Below the pieces are notes generated by a model, which saw only the letters and a program-made list of their open reading frames with translations, had not been told where the DNA came from and did not search any database. The translations under genes and the position numbers were made by a program. Shown here in pieces: positions 41,501 through 55,900 of a stretch of 64,000 bases of DNA (its first letter is position 1; every line of letters begins with the position of its first letter). The DNA lies in NCBI GenBank assembly GCA_044352295.1, contig JBILEB010000006.1:34908-98907 (forward strand), read 5' to 3'. Origin of the DNA: Myxococcaceae bacterium (GTDB lineage Bacteria > Myxococcota > Myxococcia > Myxococcales > Myxococcaceae).

Positions 41501-43862
41501 CTCTCGCAACTGGCGGCCCTACCTCGACCGCCCACGGCCGCAGCCGCAGACCACGACGCCAGCCAAGGACTCCGCCGTTCAGCTCGCCGACGCAGCACCG
41601 CGGGACGAAGCGAAGAAGCTGGTGGCTCCGGGTGGCCCACTGGGCGCGTCCGCGGGGGCACCGCCGCCCCCGGCCTCGGCCCCCATGGAGGAACGCGCCG
41701 AGCAGTCCAGGCGCTCCATGGCGAAGGAGTCGTCGAAGGCCGAGGACGACTCCGCGAGCCCGCCTGACGAGCCCGTGAAGGCGCGCACCGACTTTGGCAG
41801 CTCCGCTGGCTGGTTCCCGACGCTCGCCGGGTCGATCAACGGAACGACCACCCAGCCCGTGAAGGTGACGGACTCGCTGACGTCGTGGCGAGCCACGGCG
41901 ACCGTGGTGACGGCGGGTCCTCACCTCGGCCGGGGCGCGGCGACGATGCGCACCGCGCGTCCGCTCATGGTGCGCCTGCAGACGCCGCGCTTCGTCATCG
42001 AAGGCGATGAGGTGGTTCTCTCGGGCGTCATCGAAAGCCACCTCCCGAAGGCGGGCGCAGTCGACGTGGTGATGAGTGCGCCCGGCCTGACCGCGTTGAC
42101 CCCGACGAAGAAGGCCCTGACCGTCGGGCCTGAGCAGGTCGTTCGCTTCGACGCGCGGTTCAAGGTCACCTCGCTCGGAGATCAGACGATTCGAGTCCAG
42201 GTGAAGTCCGGCGCGGCCGCCGACGCGATGGAGCTGACCATTCCCGCGCTCGTCCACGGCTCGGCCCAGCGCCAGTCGTTCGCCGGTCGTCTGTCCGACT
42301 CGTTCTCGTTCGAGGTCGAGTTGCCAGAGAAACGAAAGCCTGCTCTCACCCGCCTCGAGCTGACGCTCTCGCCGTCGCTGCTCGCCGTGATGCTGGACGG
42401 CCTGCCCTACCTCGCGGCGTACCCGTACGGCTGCGTGGAGCAGACGCTCTCGCGCTTCGTACCCTCCGTCATCGCGCGCAAGACGGCCAGAGACCTCTCC
42501 CTGCCCACTGAGCGCCTGCCGAAGGACCTCGACGACATGGTGCAGAAGGGGCTCGAGCGCCTCGTGGGCTTCCAGCACGGGGACGGAGGCTGGGGCTGGT
42601 GGCAGGCCGACCGCACCAACCTGTGGATGACGGCGTACGTCGTCTACGCGCTGGGGCTCGCGCGCGACGCAGGCGTGAAGCTCGACGACGCGATGGTGAA
42701 GCGGGGCCGCGACTACCTCCTGGGCCACCTCGGCGAGGCCCTCGACGCTCCCGACACCCACGCCTTCGCCGTGCACGCGCTCGCCCAGTCGGGGCCGGTG
42801 CCGAAAGCCGTGCTCGACCAGGCCTTCGAGCGGCGCACCCGCATGGAGCCCCGAGGCCGCGCGCTCATCGCACTGGCCCTCCTCGCCGCGAAGGATCCAC
42901 GCGCTCGCATCGCGGTCGAGAACCTCGACGACGTGGTGAAGGTGGCGGCGGAGCGAAAGGACGCCGCGGTCGGCGCCGTGAATGACGCATGGAGTACGTC
43001 GGCCGCGATGGAGGCCACCGCCTACACCCTCATGGCGATGAACCGCTGGCCTGACGGCGCGAAGTACGTCGGTCCCCTCACCGATTTCCTCGTCCTGCGA
43101 CGCAACGGCGGGAAGTGGCGCACGACGCGGGACACGGCCTTCGCGCTGTACGCCCTGTCTGACCTCGCGCGCCGCGAGAAGGCCGGCAGCCAACAGGGCC
43201 GCTTCACCGTCAGCGTCAACGGCCGCGCGCGCAAGCCGGTGAAGTACTCGAAGGGCGGGCTCGACCTCGCGTCACTCGGCTTCGGCGATGGCGACTTCCG
43301 GCCCGGCAAGAACACCATCACCGTCAAGCGCGATGGCGGTGGCACCGGCTACTGGGCGGCGACGTGGGACGTCTTCAACCAGAACGACTTCATCAAGGGC
43401 GTGGGCACAGACGTCTCCATCAAGCGCACGTACACGTTGCTGGGCAAGCCGAGCGCAGAGCCCGGCCGAGCACCGACCGAGTACGGCATGCCGGTGGAGT
43501 CGGGCGTGCGGGTGCGCGTCGACGTCGAGGTGACGGCGACGAAGGCGGTCGAGTTCGTGATGGTGGAAGACCTCAAGCCCGCCGGCTTCGAGGCGGTGCA
43601 GCAGCGTTCGGGGCCTGAGGTGTGCAACTACGCCTGCGCGCACGCTGAACTCCGAACGGATCGCGTGGCCATGTTCCTCTCGGAGCTGAAGGTGGGGAAG
43701 ACGACCGTCTCGTACGAGCTGCGTGCGGAGACGCCGGGGCGCTTCTCGGCCCTCCCCGCGAGAGCCGAGGCCATGTACGCGCCCGAGCTCCAGGCCACCG
43801 CGGACGAGATGCGCTTCGAGGTACGTGACGCTCCCACCACCGGGGTCGCGACCCAGCCGTGA
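38583..43862 (+). CDS. alpha-2-macroglobulin family protein with thioester (1759 aa)
   Basis: Signal peptide MRSFLPLLALVSTTALAQG, helical TPR-like N-terminal ~250 aa, MG-domain beta-rich body, thioester motif YPYGCVEQT (CVEQ at 42432-42443), disordered bait-like segment. Confidence 0.9.
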   Translation: MRSFLPLLALVSTTALAQGASFEAANRFLAEQSFSKACDGFEAFLKASPSSPLAREATAKRAWACWRLGKRNGSTELTTLADTGEKDFARAYAAWALSQQGYRNFEQAMPLLQQATKSDGRVGAEARAMLVAGALRQLNGSVYDPAQADRSAAVVLEVSENENERAQARFLRAQVLLRNEPTSSRAEKELTEVGSGKSDFADDALYALGQFREGREKYADALSIYDGIVKRFSPTTSNRYENARSSAEGIRRPVLSVSAYQVALPGLKVPVQLSWRNVRALQWSLRRVDPFQPRGPSLDSVTAFAGTGTVEKTWNETVEVKVPYAPGSRSFELEVPGPGLYVLEATGDGQHVANDLVLMTQTAVITKSDRKGVHVFVVDAETGKAQGGAEVVLFDSSSRERLSARTDATGLAIVPVKDANHGQYVWTKAGPNLAFAQAGSAYSSSWNRQELAYVMTDRPLYKPGEPVGLKLFLRTREQGPSTPIAERGVTLIVRDPNGKELASTPLTTNAFGTASTSVTVPKNATLGAFSLYVTSPNTSYQSPSMQFRVEEYKPPEATVSVTPVGAPKPGEPVKLKVTAKYYSGGPLTGASGRAVVTVTSWTHQFGPWPDDADRDDTPGDDEGYDDEMPYRRDRRWQPYYGPLATHTLVFKTGSDGTAELEVPASLNAEVDLQVTAQVFVTDASRREVQGSGTARLSRAPFFVDVRSDHFLYRPGEKVTLRLRAEDANGRPASPEVLVRLVRISEGSSQGAKIAEVRTRLVDGRGLAQLDADALGPVRVEVVDADAAGTQRATTDLWLTSDTKPIPPPGPGFQLLTDRAPLAVGQVLRALVVTPQPGGHVWLTLEHDLIVTSRVVEMNGRTKYVEFPLSAELTPNAWMQAWRFENGDPLQQQRPIRVKGSEVALDVKVSFDRPVSEPGSTVPVSIRALKGPAAATETALTIVDEALFAIEPERTDFLSFFGRQPRQALVRTNSSRNWRPYLDRPRPQPQTTTPAKDSAVQLADAAPRDEAKKLVAPGGPLGASAGAPPPPASAPMEERAEQSRRSMAKESSKAEDDSASPPDEPVKARTDFGSSAGWFPTLAGSINGTTTQPVKVTDSLTSWRATATVVTAGPHLGRGAATMRTARPLMVRLQTPRFVIEGDEVVLSGVIESHLPKAGAVDVVMSAPGLTALTPTKKALTVGPEQVVRFDARFKVTSLGDQTIRVQVKSGAAADAMELTIPALVHGSAQRQSFAGRLSDSFSFEVELPEKRKPALTRLELTLSPSLLAVMLDGLPYLAAYPYGCVEQTLSRFVPSVIARKTARDLSLPTERLPKDLDDMVQKGLERLVGFQHGDGGWGWWQADRTNLWMTAYVVYALGLARDAGVKLDDAMVKRGRDYLLGHLGEALDAPDTHAFAVHALAQSGPVPKAVLDQAFERRTRMEPRGRALIALALLAAKDPRARIAVENLDDVVKVAAERKDAAVGAVNDAWSTSAAMEATAYTLMAMNRWPDGAKYVGPLTDFLVLRRNGGKWRTTRDTAFALYALSDLARREKAGSQQGRFTVSVNGRARKPVKYSKGGLDLASLGFGDGDFRPGKNTITVKRDGGGTGYWAATWDVFNQNDFIKGVGTDVSIKRTYTLLGKPSAEPGRAPTEYGMPVESGVRVRVDVEVTATKAVEFVMVEDLKPAGFEAVQQRSGPEVCNYACAHAELRTDRVAMFLSELKVGKTTVSYELRAETPGRFSALPARAEAMYAPELQATADEMRFEVRDAPTTGVATQP

Positions 43863-43923
43863 CATGGCGTGGTGGGGAAAGCAGCGACATCCCGTCCCGA
43901 GGTCGCTACACCGACAGTCGCCC

Positions 43924-44463
43924 ATGGCCGAGGCACTCGTTTTCAACTCCACGTTCGAAGCGCTGGCGCGCGCGCTGGGGTCCCGACTCAACGCCGAGGC
44001 CAAAGAACGCTTCAAGGCGTTGGGGGTCGACTTCGACGCGCGCGAGCTGATGCCGGCCTACCCCTTCGAGACGTGGGTCAAGGCGATGGACCTGGGAGCC
44101 GAGTTGGTGATGCCCAACGCGTCCCAGGATGCGCGGCACGAAGCGATGGGCCGCCGCCTGGTGGACTGCTACGGCGAGACGCTCGTCGGCAAGGCGCTCC
44201 TCACCGCGATGCGTGTCATCGGCCCACGGCGCACGCTGGAGCGCATGGCGCGCAACCTGCGCACGGGCAACAACTACACCGAGACGAAATTCAGCGTCGG
44301 CGCCGACGGGGTGCATCAGCTGTGGTGCAGCCGGGTGGCCTCGACGAGCTTCTATCGCGGCATGCTTCAGCGCGGCGTCGAGGTCGCTGGCGGCAAGGAC
44401 GTCACCGTCAGTGCACTCACGCGTGACGAGAGCGGCGCCACCTTCGCCATCAGCTGGACCTGA
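43924..44463 (+). CDS. DUF2378 / TIGR02265 (Myxococcus paralogous family) protein
   Basis: MAEALVFNSTFEALARALGSRL...YPFETWVKAMDL...GKALLTAMRVIGPRRTLERMARNLRTGNNY matches my recollection of this Myxococcales-restricted family. ATG at 43924. Confidence 0.65.
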   Translation: MAEALVFNSTFEALARALGSRLNAEAKERFKALGVDFDARELMPAYPFETWVKAMDLGAELVMPNASQDARHEAMGRRLVDCYGETLVGKALLTAMRVIGPRRTLERMARNLRTGNNYTETKFSVGADGVHQLWCSRVASTSFYRGMLQRGVEVAGGKDVTVSALTRDESGATFAISWT

Positions 44464-44472
44464 GGCGCCCTC

Positions 44473-44801
44473 ATGTCAGCCCTTCCCTCCATCGAGGAGC
44501 GGCCCTTCGGAAAGACCGGGCTCACCGCCGAACTCGTACCACGCCACCTCCTGGCGACGGTTCCGCGCGCTCGTCTTCGAGTTCACATTCACGAAGCTGC
44601 CGCTCGCCGAAGCGGTGGCGATCGCGCTTGGGTTCACCCCCGTTTCAGGAAGGCGTGTCCACGGCGATCGTCGGGAGCTCTTCGCCTGGCCGATGGAACG
44701 AGAACGCGGCGTCGTTCGCGCGAGGGGCGCTCTCGGCAGATCAGCTCGAGGCGCTTCGCCGACGCTGGCATGAGCGAGCCGACGAATCATGGGTAGGCGA
44801 A
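44473..44801 (+). pseudogene. aldo/keto reductase remnant (internal deletion plus at least 2 frameshifts)
   Basis: Frame 1: MSALPSIEERPFGKTGLTAE (canonical AKR N-terminus). Frame 2: ..LAEAVAIALGFTP. Frame 0: QEGVSTAIVGSSSPGRWNENAASFARGALSADQLEALRRRW..ESWVGE (canonical AKR C-terminus). The last frame switch coincides with the C5 run at 44637-44641. About 200 central codons are missing. Confidence 0.55.
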
Positions 44802-44867
44802 CACCGGCGCCACCTGGCGACGAAACCGAAGGTCCCCGGGCGCTGGTGTCTTCGACCAGCAGACGCG

Positions 44868-47800
44868 TCAATTCGGCACGCACACCCCATTGGGGTCGCA
44901 CGTGGTGCCAGGCCCACAGCCCGCCGCGCAGCTCCGCAACGTCACCAGGTCGCCGAACGCGCCGCGCGCGCCGCCCGTCCCTGACGACGTGACTGGACCC
45001 GGCGAGGACCCGCCCACGCCTCCCGCTCCGCCCGTGTCGATCGCTGCGTTGACGAGGAAGGTGTTGAGCGCCGGCAGCCCCGACACGTCGAGGTTCAGCG
45101 ACAGCACGCCGAATGATGGACCGCCTGCGCCGCCGCCACCACCGCCGCCCGGCCCGCCGTTTCCGCCTTCACCGCCCCGGCCACCGGTGCTGCTGCTCCA
45201 GCGATCGGGCTGGCCGCCGACGCCGCCAACGCCACCCAGACCGCCCGCGCCGCCGAAGCCCCCGTTCCCACCGTTGCCACCAAGGCCACGCTGAATGCGG
45301 TTGCCGGTGAGGGTTGGACGCGGACCTGCCACGCCGTTCGAGCCGATGAAGAACGCGATGGAGGCGCCGCCCGGTGCACCTGGCGCTCCGCCCTGCCCGC
45401 CACACGCGCCCGCGCCGCCGCCACCGCCGCTCGCGCCGATCTCCCAGGCCTGACAGCCACCCGGCGTAAACTTCACGACGCCAGCGCCCGCACCGCCACC
45501 GCCGCCAGGCAACCCCACGACGCCGACGCCACCAGCCGAGGCGCGCACGGGTGCGGACACCCATCGCGCTCCGACGATGCTGCCGAAGCGAGCGCGAACG
45601 GGAGCTCCCGGCCCACCGGGGCCGCCGGATCCATCTGGCCCCTGCAACCCGTCCTGACCGTCATTGCCTTGAATGGCGCTGGGGTACCCGCTCTCCTGCA
45701 CCTGGCTGCACGACGCGCGCGACAGGAGCGAGAACGTGCGGTCGAAGCCGCCTTGCCCATTGCGACTGCCCGCGGCCGGTCCGGCGTATTCCTGCTGTGC
45801 GCCGAGGTTCGTCGTCATCGAGTACGAGGGACACACCGAGTTGCCACCGCGCGGCGCGTTGCCTCCAGCACACTGTGGGTTGAGGCCTCCTGCGGCCCCG
45901 AAGCGGTGGGCACCCGGCGTGCAGTCGCCGAACGGGAAGTGCTCGCTGTCGACACCGCGACCCCCATTGAGCGCGCTCGAACCTTGCCGCCCGAAGCCCT
46001 GATCGCCGGTACGTCCATTGCCGCCCTGGCCTCCACGCCCCGCCAGCACGTCGTTGGCGCTCACGACGACTCTGGGGCCCGCATTGAAGAGGTAGACGAC
46101 GATCGAGGCTTCTCCGGGCGCGTCCACCATTGCGGGCGGCGCGTCCCACCCCACGAGGGTGAAGCCGGCGATGACGGTCTCGGCCGTGGCCTGACCGGCG
46201 TTCTCGACGTGGACCGCGGCGATTGCCTGCGCGGTGGGCTGCACGCCCGCGATGAAGGTGGTGTGCAGGAGCGGGTCGCGCTTGAGGAAGTCGCTCGAGT
46301 ACCCGCCGAAGAGCTGCTGCCCCTCGGTGAGCCGCACGTTCTCGCGATACAGCCCCTGCGCCACCAGCACGTAGCGGCGGTTGAGCGAGGCCAGCGACGC
46401 GAGGCCCTGGGCGATGGTCCGGAACGGCGCGGTGCGCGAGCCATTGCCCAGCATGGGGCCGGTCGCCGACACGAAGACAGCGTCGGTCACCACGCCGTCG
46501 ATGCCGTCGCAGTTCTCGTCGACCCACGAGGCCTGGACGCCGACGCCCGGCGCGCGGTCGGGCAGGTCGGTGGTCAGGTTCCCCTGCACGCGCCGGCACT
46601 CGCAACCATCGGCCGTGTCGCCGTTCACGTTGACGAACTCGAACGTCGTCCCGCCCACCGTCTCGGTGAGACACGGCCCCATCACGCAGCGCGGGAGCGG
46701 CTGGCTGGTGTCGCACACGCCGTTGGTCTTCTGGAGCGCAGGCGACCAGATCTTCGAGCAGTCGTTGTTGCAGAACCCGCAGTGCTGCAGCGCCTCGTAC
46801 CGGTTGGTGGCCTGGTTGCGGAAGCCTTCGTCCACGCGGCCATCGCAGTTGTTGTCACGGCCATCGCAGATCTCCGGGTTGAACGAGTCGACGTCACACA
46901 CGCTCCACGACGGCCCGGGCGCGCGACAGGTCTCGAACCCGCGGCAGGTCTGCGTCCCGGCAGGCTCCCGCACCGTGCAGGAGCGGGTGGAGTTCAAGGT
47001 CCGCGCGGAGCAGGTACACGTGTTCGTCGTCGGCACGCACTGCAGAGATCCCGGCTGACAGGCGTACCCGGTGGGACACGTCGGGCCGTAGGGCGAGGCG
47101 GCGGAGCAATCGCGGCCACAGACCTGCTGTCCGTCCAGGGTCAGGCAGCGCGCGCCCGGACCCACGCAGTCGCGATCATTCGCGCACGCGCGACACAGGG
47201 TGTCGGGCAGCTCCTGACAGAAGGTGCCATCGGCCGAGGGGAAGAAGCCCATCGCGCAGGCCAGCACCCGGCAGCGGAAGCGGCCCTGTGGGTCGGTGTC
47301 GCACCGGGTGGAGGTGGCGTTGGGGATCTTCGCGCAGTCATTGGTACACCGGCCGCAGTGCGCGAGCTGCGGGTAGCGGCCTTGCGCGTCGGTGAAGCCG
47401 TTGTCGACGACACCATCGCAGTCATCGTCTCGGCCGTTGCAGGCCTCGGCTTCCGGCGCCTGGGCCGTACAGACGAGCCCGGCGGAGGCCAGACACACCT
47501 GCGGGCCGCGGCACGTCCTGCCAGCGAGCGTGCGCGTGCACTCCGGCGCGGTGAAGTCATCGACTCGCCCGTTGCAGTCGTCGTCGACGCCGTTGCACGT
47601 CTCCTCGATCGCCGCGGGCGCATCGCAGGGCGTGAAGCCCCCATCGGCCTGACACACCTGGTTGCCCTCGCAGCGCCCGAAGGGACTGGCGGGGCCACGG
47701 CAGCCCTTCTGCAAGCCGAGCGTCTGGGGCGTGCAGTCACAGGTTCGACCATCGGGCACACACTGGCGCGCGCCGTCGGGCTGGAGCTCACAGCGGTACA

Positions 47801-48295
47801 GGTCGGGACACCCCGAGAAGGTGCAGTCGCGGCCGCAGAAGCGCCCGCCTTCGAGACGGACGCACCGATCGCCGCCCGTCGCGCCACATTCACGATCCGT
47901 CGTGCAGTCCTGGCAGAGGAGCGGCTGAGGCAGCGCACACAGCGCCTGGTCCATGCCCGAGTCGGGGCGGTCAGGGTTCGGGACGCGCTTGCACGCGTAG
48001 CCGAGCGCGCACCCACCATCGCCGCCACACTCGGTCGTGCAGAAGGAACCCTGCGGTCCATTCAGACAGAAGGAAGACTCGCACACCGCGCCGCCATCGC
48101 ACGGCTCTCCGAAGCGCCGGGTGCCGCGGAGGCGCCCTCCATCGAGCTCATCGAGGAGTCGGCATTCCTGGTTCACGCAGCGCAGCCCGTCGGGGCAGTC
48201 CGAATCGAAGACGCACGGATCGACGCGCACGAAGAAGACGGTGCGACCGCAGGACGCCAACGACAGCAGCAGGAGCAGCAGCGTTCGGGTGCGCA

Positions 48296-48296
<1 letters not shown>
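44868..48296 (-). CDS. giant secreted lipoprotein: Cys-rich MopE-type repeats + DUF1565-like beta-helix + Gly-rich C-terminus (1142 aa)
   Basis: ATG at rc 48294-48296: MRTRTLLLLLLSLASC (lipobox). CNGVDDDCNGRVDD, CNGRDDDCDGVVDNGF, CDGRDNNCDGRVDEGF, ENCDGIDG motifs. SRTAPFRTIAQGL..YVLVAQGLYRENV. C-terminal (GGxGG)n. The track's N-terminal 172 codons overlap the upstream paralog and are rejected. Confidence 0.85.
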
Positions 48297-51916
<3,620 letters not shown>

Positions 51917-52089
51917 GAGTCGAGGAGTCCTGCGGCTTGGGGCGCTCGGCCACGCCGGGTTCGAACGCGAGGGACCTTATCCCCCGGCGTCGAGGTGTCC
52001 AACCTGGCGGCCTGACTTCATGGAATCGGCGCTTGTCTCACTTTTCGCTGACAGGTCGAACGCCGAGGCAGGCACACTCCACCGCTGCC

Positions 52090-52956
52090 ATGGCCAAGCT
52101 GCTCACGTCCGTCCTCGTTCCAACCGACTTCTCTGCTGGCGCGCAGGTGGCTCTCGAGCGGGCGCTGCACCTGCCTCTAGCGCCGAAGGCGAAGGTCACG
52201 CTGTTGCACGTGTTGCCCGAGGGCATTCCGGGCCGGCTTCGCACCGAGGCGATCACCGACGCCGAACGGAGTATCGAGAAGCACCTCGCGCAGGTGCGCA
52301 CCCTCGCGGTGGAGCGTGGCATCGGTCCCGCGCAGTTCGTCGGTGACGTCGTCGAGGGCAGCGCCGCGCATCACGTGATGAAGCGCGCCAATGCCATCGA
52401 GGCGGACCTCATCTGCATCGGCCGGCACGGACGGAGAGGGGTCGTCGATCTCGTGGTGGGCTCGACGGCGACGAAGGTGCTTCGGCAGACCGAACACCCG
52501 GTGTTGCTCGTCCAGCGCCCGGCGAAGGGTCCGTACCGCAAGCCGCTGTTCGCCCTGGACCCGGCCCACGCCGCGCTCACGGTGGCGAAGGTGGGCCTGC
52601 GACTCATCGACCCGGCGGAGAAGCGCGTGACCGTGTTCCACGCGTCCCCCATTCCGTACGAAGACTTCGTCTCGGTGTCGGCCGAGCAGCGCATCACCCT
52701 CCGCAGGAGGTTCGAGAAGGACGGCGAGAAGGCGCTCACGGCGTTGCTGAAGAAGCTCCCCGGCGTCGAGTTCGAGGCCGTAGTGAAGAGCGGAGACGCC
52801 CGCACGCTCGTGCTGGAAGAGGCCGACGCGCTGGACGCCGACCTCACGGTGCTTGGCACCCACGGCCGTGGGGCCGTCGCGCGCTTCCTCATCGGCTCGG
52901 TGGCCGAGTGGGTGCTCTCGCACGCGAGGAACGACGTCCTCGTCGTGCGCCCCTGA
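52090..52956 (+). CDS. tandem universal stress protein (2 x UspA domains)
   Basis: MAKLLTSVLVPTDFS..., GRHGRRGVVDLVVGSTATKVL and GTHGRGAVARFLIGSVAEWVL ATP-binding-type motifs. Confidence 0.88.
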   Translation: MAKLLTSVLVPTDFSAGAQVALERALHLPLAPKAKVTLLHVLPEGIPGRLRTEAITDAERSIEKHLAQVRTLAVERGIGPAQFVGDVVEGSAAHHVMKRANAIEADLICIGRHGRRGVVDLVVGSTATKVLRQTEHPVLLVQRPAKGPYRKPLFALDPAHAALTVAKVGLRLIDPAEKRVTVFHASPIPYEDFVSVSAEQRITLRRRFEKDGEKALTALLKKLPGVEFEAVVKSGDARTLVLEEADALDADLTVLGTHGRGAVARFLIGSVAEWVLSHARNDVLVVRP

Positions 52957-52964
52957 GACAGCAG

Positions 52965-55900
52965 TCAGTACACCCCGCCGCCGTACACCTCGGACACCGC
53001 GCGCTGGGACTCGAGCAACTGCACGTACTGCTCGAGCGCCTCGCTGGTGGCCGGGTCCATCGGGTTGAGCCGGTTCCTGAGCTCGTTCGCACGGGAGATC
53101 ATGCGCGCCGCCACGCCCGTCTCGAGAATGCCCTGTCGGTAGCTGATCGCGACGAACGTCTTCCCACTGAAGGGATCATCGAACGTCACCGTCGGCAGCG
53201 TGGTGGTGACCGCCTGTCCGTTCCCCGCGAGCCACAGCCGCGACGAGTTCGAGAACGTCTGATCATACGTCGCCGGAATGAGGGCGTTCCCCAGCACCGT
53301 CATCCACAGCTGCAGCGTGAAGCCGAGCTTCGGGTCAACCGGCGCCTGACCCATGGGCGGAATGGTGATGGTGCTCGAGATGGGCCGGCGGACGAACTTC
53401 GTGCCGTCGTAGATGGGCCCGATGCGGTCGAAGCGGTCGGTCATGGCCGCGCCGAACAGATCGAGCATCTGCCGGGGGAAGAGGTTCCAGTAGCTGATGG
53501 CGTACTGCCGCGAGTCGGCGGCGACGTCCTTGCCGAGGAAATACGTCTCGGGGTCCACGAGCAGCGAGATGGCGCTCACCTTGTCGTTGAAGCTGCCGAC
53601 GTGGCTGACCCGCTCGTACCAGAAGTAGCCCGAGTCATATTCCCAGCTCGTCTCGAAGAAGCGCCCTTCGCCCAGCGGCACGCGGAACTTCGGGCGGTCC
53701 CAGAACTCGTCCATCACGTAGAGGTCGCGCCCGTCGGCCTGGGTGACGACGTCGTAGGGACCTGGCTCGGGCGTCATCAGCACGTCGCCGAAGAAGTCGA
53801 AGCTCTTCGTCACCGCCACCGTGTACGGGCCCCACTTGTCGGGCGAGCGCCAGAAGCTGTCCGGGTTGTTCGGCTCGTCGGGAATGAACTCGGCGTAGGC
53901 CCCGCGGTTGAGCACGTAGAACTGCGTCATCGTGCGCAGCGAATCGAAGTAGCGCCACCATGCGCGGTCCATCGCCGACCAGGGGTCGAACGCGAGCTGG
54001 TCGCGGCGGAAGGCGTCGAAGAAGTAGTACGACCGGTAGTCGTTCATCTTCGCCTCGGCGACCTCGAAGACGTCGGCCCCGCGGTCGAACGCCTCACACC
54101 CGGTCGACGCGCCTTCGAACTCGTCGGAGCAGAACTTGTACGGCACGAGCAACCGGTCGCGCCCGTCGACCTCGACGAGATCGGGGTACGTGCACTGGCG
54201 GGCGAGCTCCTTGCGGCGCACCTCGGTGAAGGACACGTCGGCGCGGCGCTCGAGATCCACCACCTGTGGCAGCTTCGTGTAGTGCAGCGAGGTGTAGTCG
54301 TTGCCATCACACGTCAGCAGGAACGGGAGCGCGTCGCCGTACGCGTTCACCGCCTGCACGCCACCAAGGAGATACGTGTCGCGCGTCGTCTCGAAGACCT
54401 CGACGAGGCTGCCGTAGCCGAACTTGAGCGCGGCGCGGTCGTACTTCCCGAGGCCCTGGATGTCGGAGTTGAAGTTGGCGCCGTAGTCCATGATGGACGA
54501 CTGCATGAACTCGCTGATGCCGCCCTTGAGGCCGTTGGCGAGCGTCACGCCGCGCAGCTCGGCGTCGCTCTCGGGGTCCAGGTAGCGGGGCCGCGGCTGT
54601 TTGGCGCCGTTGTTCGTGCGCAGGTCCCAGTACGTCTTCGGGTAGTTCATCGGATCGTACGAGCCCGCGAAGTTGTGCCGCAGGCCGACCGTGTGCCCGA
54701 CCTCGTGGAGCGCGGTCGAGAGGAACACCTGCTCACGAATGCGCTTCCACACGAGCTGCGGGTCGACGCCCTTCTGGCCCAACGCGAACCCGAGGATGGC
54801 GTCGTTGAGCGAGGCGTTCGCGAGGTCGACCGCGTGCGCGCCGAGACGCCGGCGCTGCTGGTTGCGCAGCTCGTGGCTGGCCGAGGTGTACCGCGCGCCG
54901 GGCGTGAGCTTCGAGAGGAGCTCGGCCGTCACGGGAGAACGTGGATCGACGCCGTGGGCCATCAGCACCTCGGGCGTCAGCAGCTGCCGGGCGACATCGG
55001 TGCCCTTGAGCTTCGAGAGGCGCTGACCGGCCAGCCCGCGTTGGCCGCCGAGCGACTGGGAGCCGGCGAGGGTCTGGGCGCGCGCGGTGAAACGCTCCTT
55101 GAGCTGCTTCGCCGAGCCCTTCTGCATTCGCGGCGTCTTTGGCAGGCCCTTCGTCCACGAGACGTCCATCGCGTCGGCCATCTCGTTCACCTCGCGCTGA
55201 CTGAAGGTGCGGCTCTTCACGCCGAAGGGCTCCGCGGTGACCCAGTCGCGCACGTTGACGCCCCGAATGAACTGGTCCGGCTGGAGCTCGCCGTTCACCA
55301 GCCGAACGAGGTCGCGGCCCATCGCGGCGTAGGTGTCGATCTGCGCGCCGTAGACGAAGGCCGAGCTGGCGATCGTCTCACCCGTTTCGGCGTCGTTCGA
55401 GTTTGGGCCGTAGCCCAACAAACCCGCAGAGACCGGCTCATCGACCCAGTACAGAACGTTGAAGCGGATGTCGCCGATGCGCACCGTGGTGCCCGGCTGA
55501 CCGCACACCGCCGGGTCGCCTTCCCGCACCGGGTTGTTCACGCACACCACGAAGGCCTGCCCCACGGCGGGCCGGCCCTGCAGCTTCTCGACGATGTCGC
55601 GGAAGATGACGTCGTACTGGCGCTCGAGCTCCTTCGCGGCGCCCTTGAGGTCTTCCGGAAAGCCCTGATTCAGGAAGTAGACGATGGGCCGGGGGCCGAG
55701 GTCGATGCTTGCGGGATTGTCCGGGTCGGCGCGGTTGCGCACCGCATACGGGAGCGAGCACGCGCCCGTCACCTTGCCGTCGGTCTCCACCTTCGCGTCG
55801 GGGAGCTCGGTGACGCAGCGCTGACCCGGCGTCGGCGGCCCGCAGTGCTGGTCGAGCTGACACGGCCGGTTGGTGAGCGAGCGCCACCACTGGTTGTGCC

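Noticed and set aside
44890-45294. Proline-rich ORFs (also 48321..48608 and 48654..49388) that look like extensin/PRP-type proteins
   Set aside because: They are the reverse complement of the Gly-rich (GGN) coding tracts, since GGN read backwards gives NCC (Pro). They have no independent start context and overlap genes with much better support.
51958-51966. tRNA-like T-loop sequence GGTTCGAAC in the spacer upstream of the Usp gene
   Set aside because: The flanking bases cannot form a T-stem, and there is no acceptor, D or anticodon arm. I found no tRNA gene in the window.
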